This document shows positions 48,001 to 58,639 of a DNA stretch of 60,284 nucleotides, piece by piece. The notes under the pieces are model-generated. The model was not told where the DNA came from, made no database searches, and saw only the letters and a list, made by a program, of their open reading frames with translations. Origin of the DNA: Guillardia theta CCMP2712 (Eukaryota; Protista; Cryptophyta); assembly GCF_000315625.1 (NCBI RefSeq), contig NW_005434644.1, positions 642,434 to 702,717 of the forward strand. Reading direction: 5' to 3'. A program made the position numbers and the translations under genes. The number at the start of each line of letters is the position of its first letter. Position 1 is the stretch's first letter.

Positions 48001-49043
48001 CCTCCTCCTGTCTCTCCTGCTTCCCGGCGTCCTTGCTGGCCTCTGCCCCGGCTGGCTTAGGTGCCTCCGCTGCTCCCAGCCCGGCCCCGATGCTCGCCCC
48101 TCCCGTCCCGAAGGTGAACGCTCCTCCCCCGCCTCCCCCGGCCGTCCCTCCCGTCCCGAAGGTGAAGCCTCCCCCGCCTCCCCCGAACCCGAACTGGATC
48201 CCCCCTCCCCCTCCCCCGAACCCTCCTCCCCCGGCCCCTGAGCTTCCGGCCCCGCTCACCGCCGGCGCTGCCTGCGGGTTGGGCGTCTCGCAGCAGATGC
48301 ACTTCTCTATGTCCTTCTCGTTCATCACCTTGCACGTCGCGCACCGCCACTGCCCTGGCTTGACCTTGAACTTCTCTGCAAGCGACACCCCCGCGTCCGC
48401 GGCTGGTGCCTCCGCTTCTGGCGCCGCCTCGTCCTCTGACGACCCCGATGTTTAGGCTTGAGTCCGTTGAGTCGGACTCAGATTGTCTGTTTTCTCCGAT
48501 GGTTGGTTTCTCGCTTGTATTTAACGCTTGCAATGGTTTAATTCCTTGCTTATTGTTGGTTGGTTGATCCTTTGATGGTTCAACGTCGTGGGAGGCATTG
48601 GATTTCTTTTCTTTTGCTGCAAGTTTGTGTTTGATTTTGTCTTCGAGATCTCTCAAAGGAGTTGGTTCGGACAAATGTGATATTTTGACTGGCATGCACG
48701 ATTGGATCCCTGGTATCTTGACCTCTGCAACATCGCCGTCGATTCGCAAGATCATGCCCAGGTACCCTTCGTCAGTCTCAACCTGCACAATTCAAAGTTT
48801 AAGAACATCATGTTGGGATTTACAAAACGTTTGATGATCATCATAATTCATAGAGAGAGAAGGAAGTTTCCATTGTTCTGCTGAGCGAACGGACATCTGC
48901 AGCATAGATGGCAACTTTCGATGGAACTCAAACAACATCTCACATCAACAGCAAACATGGCAAACAGGAATTCATCTACACGTGACATCTGTACATGATG
49001 GGAAGAGAAGATGAAACAAGTTGATTGTTCATCTCACCATCAT
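45032..49043 (-). CDS. Nucleoporin-like protein with tandem RanBP2-type zinc fingers and FG repeats (gapped assembly, one apparent frameshift)
   Basis: GQWRCATCKVMNEKDIEKCICCETP fits W-x-C-x2-C-x3-N-x6-C-x2-C and is repeated. FGFG/FTFG motifs occur in each unit and the C-terminus is FG-rich. The 5' exons are approximate. Confidence 0.75.
45365..48451. repeat. Near-identical ~510-bp coding tandem repeat, at least 6 copies, interrupted by five N-gaps
   Basis: The zinc-finger segment recurs at ~45570, ~46100 (partial), ~46640, ~47200, ~47780 and ~48290. The last two are ungapped and 510 bp apart. Confidence 0.95.
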
Positions 49044-49743
49044 ATTCTCCCGCCATCTTCCCTCATCCAATCCTGCTCGTGCGTGCGCCATTTGCCCGCC
49101 AAACTCAAACTGCACCACCCCACAAAATGTCCACCCCACTCCCTTTCAGAGTACCGGTGATTTAGTCATAATATACGTGGGGTACTATCATGGGGGGGGG
49201 GGGGGGGGGGGGGGGGGGGTTTTCTCTTGAGACGCGAGCCAAGTTCTTCGGGATATCTGAACACCCAAAAAAGAATAAAAAAGAATTAAAAAGAATGTGT
49301 AAAACAAAAACTGCAGTCGGAGGGCTGTCGGAGGGTAGAAAGAAAGATCAGGAGGAGGAGGAGGAGGAGGAGGAGGAGGAGGAGGAGGAGGAGGAGGAGG
49401 AGGAGGAGGAGGAGGTAGCAAGAGGGATGGTCAACTACTCGAATGATGAAGTAGAAGATAGGACCAAAGGAGACTGGAGAGTCGGGAAAGGAGGGGGATG
49501 GGGGGGAGCAGAGGTGAACGAGTTCGGGTTAGAGGGACGAATAGTGTGCGGAGGAAAAGTTTCGAGATGTGAGGATAGAATGTTGCTGCGGAGGTGTGAG
49601 GATAGGGAGCGAGAGGATGCAATCATCAACTTTTTGAGACTGCACGAGGATAGCGAAGCTCATCCGCTCTGCTGCTGCAGTCTCCGCCTCCTGTGTTCAT
49701 CTCATGCGGATCATCGAGGCCTCTTGACCAGCAAGTTGGCAAT

Positions 49744-51620
49744 ATGCCAAAGTGGGAGAAGGCGAGAAGACCTCGAAGGATGCACCTCCTTGCAGTGATG
49801 GCCCTTCTCCTCCCCTTGCCGGTGTTCTGGTGCGTTCGAGCTGTCGTGAGCAGGGCGGGGGGTCCGGGCTTGCCTTCAGGGTCCCACGATGCTCAAGTGA
49901 TAATCGCACACCTTAACCCCCTCCCCTCCCCTCTCCCTTCACCCTTCTCCTTCCCTCCCCTCTCCCCTATCTCTTCTTTTCTCCTCCCCTCCCCTCCCCT
50001 CCTCACAGGCTGGTCAGCAGGTCTCGGGGATGGATCTGTTGCAATGGCTGCTCTTCTCGGGGGGACACGCGAACAAGATCGCCATCGCCAACTTCACGTG
50101 CGTCATCTTCAGCAGAGGGTGTGCAGCAAGGAGTGAGTGGCTTGCAGACACGGGGGCAGCAAGATTCGCGGGCTCAAGGCAGTGGCGGATATTCCAGCCA
50201 ATTTTACGCTGATAGAGGTCGGACACCTCGGACAGTCACCCTCGACGTGCTGACGCCGACGATGCTCGTCAGGTCCCGCGCGCGTTGTTCATCTCAGGAG
50301 AGGTACGTGAGGAGACGATGTGGATAGGAGGCGACGATCGCATGCCGTCTGCTGAGCCCCTTCCAGGACATTGACCCCAGAGATCTCTCGTTTCCAGTCC
50401 TCGAGCTGCAGGAGTCCTCCGATGTGCTGCTGGCCGTCAAGTTCTGGCAGGAGTTCACGCGCGGGAGAAGGTCCCAGTGGTTCCCCTACCTGAAGGTACA
50501 GGCTGAACGCGCTCCGAGGGTCCGCTGAGGTCCTGGAACCCTCAGGTCCTTCCTAGTGCCATGGAGCTCTCTCGCTTCCACCCCATGTACGCCGACGATG
50601 TCGTGCTGCAAGCATGCTCGGTGCTGCCGACGATGCACAAGGTGAGGGAGGTCGCTGGGTCGCAGACTGTTCACGAGGCCCCGTCAGGTCAGGAGGGCGA
50701 AGCGGCGCGTAGAGAAAACGTAACGCTGGATGAGTCTGAGTCCGGCATCGACCCTGTTGGCAGTTACAGGGAGGCCAACATTCACCGGACCATCCCTTGG
50801 AAGGAATTTTGGCACAGCTACGTCACGTGGGGGAGATAGGCGATCCCTTGGAGGGCCTGACGGCTCTCGCGCCCTTGCAGGTACATATCGCGGTCGTACG
50901 GGGTCGTGCTGCGGTCGAGGCGGGGAGGGATGAAGTGGCAGCCCGTGAGTCATCGAGGGACGGAGTTGGCCGTCGGTGAACTTTGTGCCCTGTCGTGCAG
51001 GTGTCTGTACCGTTGGCGGACATGGGCAACACGGCGCTGCAAGGTGACGTCAACACGAGGTGAGAGGAGGGGGCGAGAGAACTGCAGCTGGTCCCTGGTG
51101 ACGCCTCGTGGCAGGTGGAGGTACGACTCCAGGTCGCAAGTCTTCCTGCTGGAGTCCACCAGGGCGATCCCAGCTGGTTCGGAGCTGTTGGAGTCGTAAG
51201 ATGTGAGATTGGGGCTTGGCTCCTCTGACTAGCGCTGGTGCTCGGAAGGTACCAGGTGTCCTCCCTCAAGGACAATGCCCATCTTGCATACATGTACCTC
51301 TGCTCTCTCTCGCTCATCGGCATTGCGAAGCCTTCCTCACCCCAGCTTCCCAGGTTCGGCATGACGATGGACGGCAACCCGGTCAAGGTCGATTCTCTGA
51401 CAGACCTCCACGTGCTGACAAGATCAGGTCAAGCGCCTGACGCCGCAGGAGTGCCTCAAGCTGGAGGAAGATTGCCTCTCGGCAGGGAAGGAGAAGGTGG
51501 GCATGGGGGCCGGAAGGAGGGTTTAAGGGATCCCTGACCTCGACCTGCTCAGCTCTCTCAGCTCCTCCGCACGCTGGTAAGTGAACATTGCGGCAACAAG
51601 TGAAGGCACTGCGTGGTTCT
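49744..51620 (+). CDS. SET-domain protein (Rubisco-LSMT/SETD3-like lysine methyltransferase class)
   Basis: LLQWLLFSGG, IRGLKAVADIP, SQWFPYLKVLP, VPLADMGN, TRAIPAGSELLESY and DNAHLAYM-FGM..GNP, with a hydrophobic N-terminus. 3' end approximate. Confidence 0.8.
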
Positions 51621-51789
51621 CACAAATCATCTTCACATTTCACAAAGAATACGGTTGAAAAAAAACAACCTCCTCCTCTTACTTTCTATCCCCTCCTGTT
51701 CACTCACTTCACTTCTCATCTTCATCCTTTCTACTTCTTCTTTCTCCCTTTCTCCTTGTTTCATGGTAAAGCTTATGCACTTGCTATCG

Positions 51790-53936
51790 GATCGAATCGC
51801 GTGAAGCGAGTCCAGTCCTTCCCATCGCTGAGGGCCATGCCAATCCCGTGACTGCCGGACTCCCTGGAAGAGGAGGAGTAGTACAGCCTGAGACAACCAA
51901 AACGGCGATCACATGAGGGTCGAAGGCATCTGATAGGAGGAGTGCAAAAGCGACGATAACGGTGAGGAGAAGAACAAAGGGACGAGGAGCATGAGGGCAC
52001 GAGGAGCGGGAGCAGGGGCAGGGGCAGGAGCAGGAGCAGGGCACACCTGCAGGATCCATCCTCCATCGGGACGACCCAAGGGCAGCCGACGTTCTCAGCA
52101 TCCCACGCACCTTCCTCCTGCGATCCTTGTAACACCTGCAAAGATTCACTCGCTACTCTGCACACGGGCAGGAGCAAGGGACCGGCTTGTCGGAGGATCG
52201 CTCCCATTTGAGTCCATCCGAGGACTTGTAGAGGCCGATGCTATGCCTTCCATCCATATCCACACCCTCGACAAACATGAGATACCCAGCCGTCTGCTCA
52301 TCTCCCGTCATCGCTGCACTATAAAGCGAGCAGGAGCAGGAGCAGGAGCAGGAGCAAGAACGGGAGCAGGAGCAGGAGCAGGTTCAGGAGCAGGAGCAGG
52401 AGCAGGAGCAGGAACAAAAACGGCAGCAGGAGCAGGAGCAGGAACAAGAACGGGAGCAAGAGCAGGGGCGATGCTTCACCTCCGGATCCTCCACCACATG
52501 CCTCCTGCCGCAGCCGCGGGCATCAAAGGCATCTCCTCCACCTCCGTTGATCACCATCCCCTCCTGCCATCCTCCGTCAGGGTCAGGCCTGGGACCGCGG
52601 CTCCTCTCGCCTTCTTCCACTTGATCCCGTCCGTCGAGCGGGCGAGCCCGATGGAGTACTTAGAGGTCTGGGGGTCGAAGGAGCTGTAGTACATGCGGAA
52701 GTCGTTGTCGGAGTGCTGCACCACCTGACCACCAGCCCAATCAGCAGGTGCCCAGCTAGTGCTCGGCTGCTCACCGTCGGCCATGCATTGAAAAGGTGGT
52801 CCCACTCCCCCTTCTGCCCGACGTCGAACACGGCTCCGCTGTGATGATCTCCTTCCAGCCTCGTCCTGTCAAAGATCACACCCTGGCGGCCTCCTCCTCC
52901 CTCCCGCTCACCAGTGGACGCCGTCGAAGCTCAGGCACAGCCCGATCCTCATGCGAAGACCCTGGGACAAGCGTGACTTGCCTCCCAGCCAGCAGAGGCT
53001 ATCGGCCCACCTTGACGGCCACACCCTCTGGGATCTTCTGCCCTCCCATCTCGATACCACCAACGTCCACCTCCTCCTGGTCACCTGCCCACCGACCCCT
53101 GTCACCCCACGGCACCGAGATCTCCCAGTCTACCTCCAAAGAAATACATGAACTGAACGGTCCCCTGCCGATCTCCCGACCCTCGGATCTTGTCTGTCTT
53201 GATGCCCTGCACATCCCCTACCCCCACGTGCGAGGTGTCGAACCCCCACCACTCCTCCTTGTTCGGCGTCAGGACCGCTCCGAGATCCTCGTCCCCGTCC
53301 ACTCGCTCCCAGTGCACGCCGTCGGGCGACTCAGCCAGGCCGATCCGGCCCGTCGGCTGGCTGAAGACATCGTTCCCAAAGTTCAGGTCTCGTCCATGGT
53401 ACCTGCAGCAACTTCACAATCATCTACAGTCCCCCCCCTCCCCCCCCCCTCCCCCTCCCCCAACAGTCTCATAACGGTTCCTCCTGCCAAGATTCTGATT
53501 CCAGGCCATCGCCGTTACTCACCACATCCTCCAGTTCTCGCCGTCTTCGTCCTTGTACCTCTGCACGACTGGGTTTGCGAATCGGGGGGAATCGAAACGA
53601 TCCTGCCGGCCCGGGCCCAGCACGAGCCCCTTGCAGGAGGAGATAGACCGCCAAGGGGCGCTGGTAGCCTCGCATGCCCTCGGAACAAATCTCGCACGGT
53701 GTCGGTCGCAGGTACGAGAGGCACGGATTGAGGTTGGCAGGAGCGAAGGAGGGCGGAGACCAAATGCATCAGCAGCCTCCTGGGACGAGACCGTCATCAT
53801 TCGGGCCGCTCGTTGCGAAATGACCGCTCTTACCAGCAGCTGGCAGAGCACGACGACTACGAAGACTTCCTTACCGCCTTCAAGAAATGTATTAGAACAG
53901 TTGTCAGCCGCATATCGGCCAACACATGACAACATG
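51790..53936 (-). CDS. Five-bladed beta-propeller glycoside-hydrolase-like protein (arabinanase/levansucrase/invertase superfamily)
   Basis: Repeated blades: [64 protein letters not shown], and [15 protein letters not shown]. Ends approximate. Confidence 0.8.
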
Positions 53937-54805
53937 GCGGTAGACGTTCTCCTTGCTGGTGATCTACTGGCTCCTTGCGTTGTTTCCCCTGGATCCCACC
54001 AGATCCACACACTGAGCATTAAGCTACCCGCTTGTATGTCGCTCCTATCACCTGCACTCTCTCGCTTTCTGCTCATCATCATCCTTGGAAATGTCATGAT
54101 GTCTTACATTTCCTCAAATCATCACTCGTTGCCTTCCTTTCGCCTTCTCCTCCTCAACTGCCCCTCTCATTTTCCCGCTCTTCGCTCACCTGCCATGGTC
54201 CTTATGACCCCCACCCCACCCCATAGTGTTTATATTCTACCCCACCGTAAGTCACAGCACACCCATCAAATGAACACCCACCCGTTTATCATTCACTGAA
54301 GACTATAAACACCGGTACTACATGGACCCTACCTTCTTCCAAAAAAATCTGTATGCACCCTACCGTCACTTTCCATTCTCTTTGCGGGTACCGTGATGGG
54401 TATCGTGACCAGAATTTTCAGCGCCCGACTACCCGTGGGTGTGAGGGGATGAGGTGTCGACCTGGGGATGGTCGGTGGGTGGTCCTGGACAGTACGGTGG
54501 GGTATGAAATTGGAAGGTAGGGGTAGTGATCTAGTGTGTAGTTGTGTCGTAGTACAGGGGTCTAGATAGGGAGGGGTCCTGTGAATACAAGAGGGTCATC
54601 AGAAAAAATGACTCGTCTGTTCCACTAGGGGTACTCTATGGAGGGTACCTCTCGGACGACCACGGGTGGGTGTACAGGTGAGTAACTGGAGGTGGGTGGG
54701 GGGTGGTTGCTTGTGACGAGGATGGCCTCCATGGCTCAGGAAAGGAGGAGGGGAGCGGTGGGCGAAGGCGAAGAGGCCAGAGGATGCAGAGCGACAGGAT
54801 CAGCC

Positions 54806-55454
54806 ATGAAGGCAGCAATGGTGGCAGCGACTCTCCTTGCCCTCACTGCCAGAACCTCGGCGCTCGTGATCTCCAGCGACTCTGCTTCCCTCAAGGGCCT
54901 GAACTGCGCGTTCACCGCTCCGGCCCTCTCCAGTGGCCTGCATGGTGCTGTTCAGAGGAAGGCTGTATGCCTCAGGCAGAAGAGCACCAGAGATGATGGC
55001 GCTACGGAAGAAGAAGTGCAGAGAGCGATGGAGTACTACAAGGAGCTGATGAGAACGAGGAACAACGGGAAGGGATACTGGATGGACGACTTCTTCCCGT
55101 TCGCGAACATGTTGAGGAACATCCAGGAGGGTTTGAAGAGGAACTTCGAGCAGAAGTCTGGGGAAGAGTTGTTGCAGGAAGCAGCTAAGGAAGGTCTGAT
55201 CGATCTTAGGTCGTCTCCCTTCACTCCCATCTCCGACCTGCCAGACACCCCAATGCCCAAGGCAGAGGCTGTGCAGAAAGAGCCTGAGGTGAAGACAGAA
55301 GTAGCCAAGGCCGCGCCAGAGGAAGACGATGTGAGTGATGCCTGCCTTGTTGGCCGGCATGTTACACTGACCATGGCTCGTCTCGCAGGAGGATTTGTTG
55401 GAATTGAAGAAGAAAATGGAGGCGGCGAAGAAGAAGAAGAAGCAGGGAAAGTAG
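54806..55454 (+). CDS. Unknown protein with signal peptide and transit-peptide-like presequence (probably plastid)
   Basis: MKAAMVAATLLALTARTSA...CAFTAPALSS..RKAVCLR. One intron (~55331-55388) joins to EDLLELKKKMEAAKKKKKQGK*. Confidence 0.7.
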
Positions 55455-55681
55455 ATGTTTTTGGTGTAGGGGTTCTGGTCGTCTTGATGTACTTAAAACA
55501 AAACTTCAGATTTTCTAATGCTCGGGTGTTTGCATTTTCAGGATTTTATTGCGGGGTCGCGTTCGAAACACCTACTAACACTGACATACCTTGATGGGAA
55601 CTTTGCGATTTGTACAAAATATGCTAGCGCTTGCACGCTGCATGTTAACGAAGAGAGAGACAGAGAGTGAGAGAGCTGCAG

Positions 55682-57850
55682 TCTAGACGGCATTCAAGGG
55701 GACATGGGGTGTCGAGCTATGTACGTCCGGCTGTTGGGTGTAGAGGACCTGAAGTAGTCGTCTGCGGTTGAGAGCAGCAGCAGCGGCCGAAGCTTGGGAG
55801 GGAGGGAGGTATTTGACGCCATCCTCTCTTCCGCGTTCCTGCAGCATCAGCTCACCTCACGCAAGCCGATGCTCGTGATGATAGATACCTCCTCGTTGCC
55901 ATGAGCTTCGTCTCGCGGCGATTGAGCTTGCCTACCTTGCCGAGCTCGGGTTGGATCACCTGTCACAGCGACGAGGTCATGAGAGATTTGTAGGGTCGAT
56001 CCCCCGCATACCTTGAGACTAGCGGGAGAGAGTTGTCGTGCTGTGAAGGATGAAGCATTTCAGCGACCCCACGAGTCGAGGGCTGAGTGACCTGAAGTCC
56101 TGCTCCTGGTTGACTCGTTGGATGGTGAAGCCGGCCCCGGGCTGAAGCTGCTGGAGGATATCTGACCGCATGTATTATGCTAGTTGTCCATGTAGCACTG
56201 CAATAAGAAACCTGCTTGTCGCTCATCTTGACGTTCACGGATATTCCTGTGTTGAAGAGCAACACATGGCTGGGGTCATCCCATCGCATGTTGGAATCCT
56301 GCGCATGTGGCGGGATGTCGTGCAGGTTGATGACGGGATCGAAGGAAGAGGTGGGGGATGAAAGTAAGATCTGCTTCTTCATCGCTAGCCTGCCGTCTGC
56401 TCGCGTTTGTTTGGCTGTCTTGACGAGTACCTCTTTCTTCTCGCGGAAGGTGTGATCTGAAACCAAACCTTCACCCTCTTCGTGCCTGGCTGCCATCGGG
56501 CTGAGAGCGTCTTGGTCTTTCCCTTGTTGTTCCGATCCGAAGACTGGGATCTTACCCTTTGACGATGAAGGGAACAGTGGGGAAGGCGGGTGTAGCAAGG
56601 CATTGATTTCCGTCGCTGCGGCAGTGTTCGTCGATGAAGAGGAATCGTTGACATCGAGGGTATTGATGAGTAAGTTCTTGAACGAGTCTGACTTCTCGAG
56701 CTCGGGCGTAGCGATCGACTTGTCGGAGAAGTTGAACACGGAGTACTTGAGCTCCCTTCTCCTAATGCCGTCATTCGGGCGGTTGGGGTGATGGAAGGAA
56801 TCTGCCGAAGACGAGAGTGAGTGGTGGAGACTGCTCACGAGGCCGTCAGTCTGTCAGTCACAGTCTGCATGAAGTAGTTCGAGCCACCTCCTCGTCATCT
56901 TGGACTCCTCGGGGTCCCTGCGGAAGTACGACATCTCCGACTTGGGTCGAGGGACTGGCTCGGCGGCTGACGCAACTCGCTTTGAGCTGCTCCCTTGCCC
57001 TATGGTGGTCGACCGGTGGATGCTCTGACCTATCAAGGCATCAGGTGTGGAAAAGTCTCCAAGAGCAGGTGAGCGCGCAACCTAACGTGCCAGGACTGTC
57101 GTCTCCAGCTCCCTCTGGACTCTCACTGCTTCTCCCGCTCGCCCTAGAGGCGCTGCGATGCCGTCTCGAGCTCTCGTTCACCAACCTCTTGGAGCTCATC
57201 GTATGCCGGGGAAGAGCCCTCCCTATCGTCATGATGCTGCATCCCTCCCTCCCCCTGTTTTCCTTCTTGCCCTCAGCGGATGCCGACTGAGGGCGTGGAG
57301 CCTTGTTGGCTAGGGTTCGATCCGCGACATGGTCGGCGGTCTGATGGACCTGCATGGCGCCAGCCTGCGATGCCGAGCAAGGCTGCACCTCTGCGCTCAA
57401 CTTCTCTTGCATAGAGTTGCCAGCGACCGTCAGGCTGCCATTCAGATTCGGCACGTCTGAGCCGATGGAAGCGAAGAACGCTAGAGCGCCAGGGAACTTC
57501 CGGTGGGCGTTCTTGTGCGAGACCCGCTCTATCATGTCCTCCAAGGTTGCTTGTTTCACAGGCCCAGCAATGTGCAGGTTGATGTCGAGATGCGTCATCT
57601 TGGCTGGGAGCAGACACGCTTTCTTCATGTCCTGGGGAGTGACCGCAACCTTGAGGCTTGTTCTCTTCGTGGTGACGCGAGGGCTGCGGAGGAGGAACTT
57701 CTCATGGATGCCCTGCAGCCTCTGCATGTCCAGGAACCCTCCATCCTCCTCCTCCTCCTCCTCCTCCTCCTCCTCCTCCTCCTCCTCCTTTGCCCTCCAT
57801 CCTGCCACCCGCCCACCCTTTCCCCCGTTTCGCCCTCCCCCAGACAACAT
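55682..57850 (-). CDS. Hypothetical Ser-rich multi-exon protein
   Basis: Long open exons (57045-57850, 56212-56830) linked by short introns; no domain recognised. Confidence 0.55.
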
Positions 57851-57939
57851 GGCGGTTGAAAAAGGTTTTGACGTTTTTGTTCTGGGTTTGAAAAGTGAGC
57901 AATGGGAGGAAGAGGATCTCAAGCAGACAGAGGAGACGC

Positions 57940-58097
57940 GAGGAGGAGAGGAGAGGAGAGGAGAGGAGAGAGGAGAGGAGAGGAGAGGAGAGGGCAGGAG
58001 AGGAGAGGGGAGGGGAAGGGAGGGCAGGAGAGGAGAGGAGAGGAGAGGAGAGCAGAGGGGAGGAGAGGAGAGGAGAGAGGAGAGGAGAGGAGAGGAG
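57940..58097. repeat. (GAGAG/GAGGA)n purine microsatellite
   Basis: Directly visible between two divergent genes. Confidence 0.9.
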
Positions 58098-58639
58098 TAG
58101 AAGATGGAAGAGGAGGAATTGAAGACAAGGGGATGCATGATAGGTGCATGATAGGAGGAAGACCAATGTGCGGGTTCGAAGAACGAAGAAATACAGCAAG
58201 AACGGCAGCAGGGGAAGTCAAGGGAATCTGGATGGAAGGAGAAGGATGGAAGATAGAAGATGTAGCAGGAGGGAAGAGACCTGGAGTGAGGGTGGAGAGT
58301 GAAATGATCGTTGCCTCGTATCAGTTCCATTGCCCGGTCATCGATCAACCTACCTACCCTTCACCTCCTCCATGCAAGGCTCCATGTCGGAAAATTCGCC
58401 CTCGAGCGCACTGAAAGCAGCACAGAGGCTTGCAACGAGGTGAAGAAGAAAACCATGCGCTCTTCCCTCNNNNNNNNNNNNNNNNNNNNNNNNNNNNNNN
58501 NNNNNNNNNNNNNNNNNNNNNNNNNNNNNNNNNNNNNNNNNNNNNNNNNNNNNNNNNNNNNNNNNNNNNTACCCTACCCTACCCTCCCTTCCTCCTCCTC
58601 CCTCCCTCCCTCCCTCCCTTCCCTCCCTCCTCCCTCCCT

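Noticed and set aside
45396-48455. Pro-rich extensin/formin-like ORFs on the + strand
   Set aside because: They are the antisense of the Gly-rich FG/zinc-finger repeat; the - strand carries the real motif.
49188-49798. Poly-Gly, poly-Glu and poly-Pro ORFs
   Set aside because: They derive from a ~28-nt G homopolymer and a (GAG)n tract in a divergent intergenic region.
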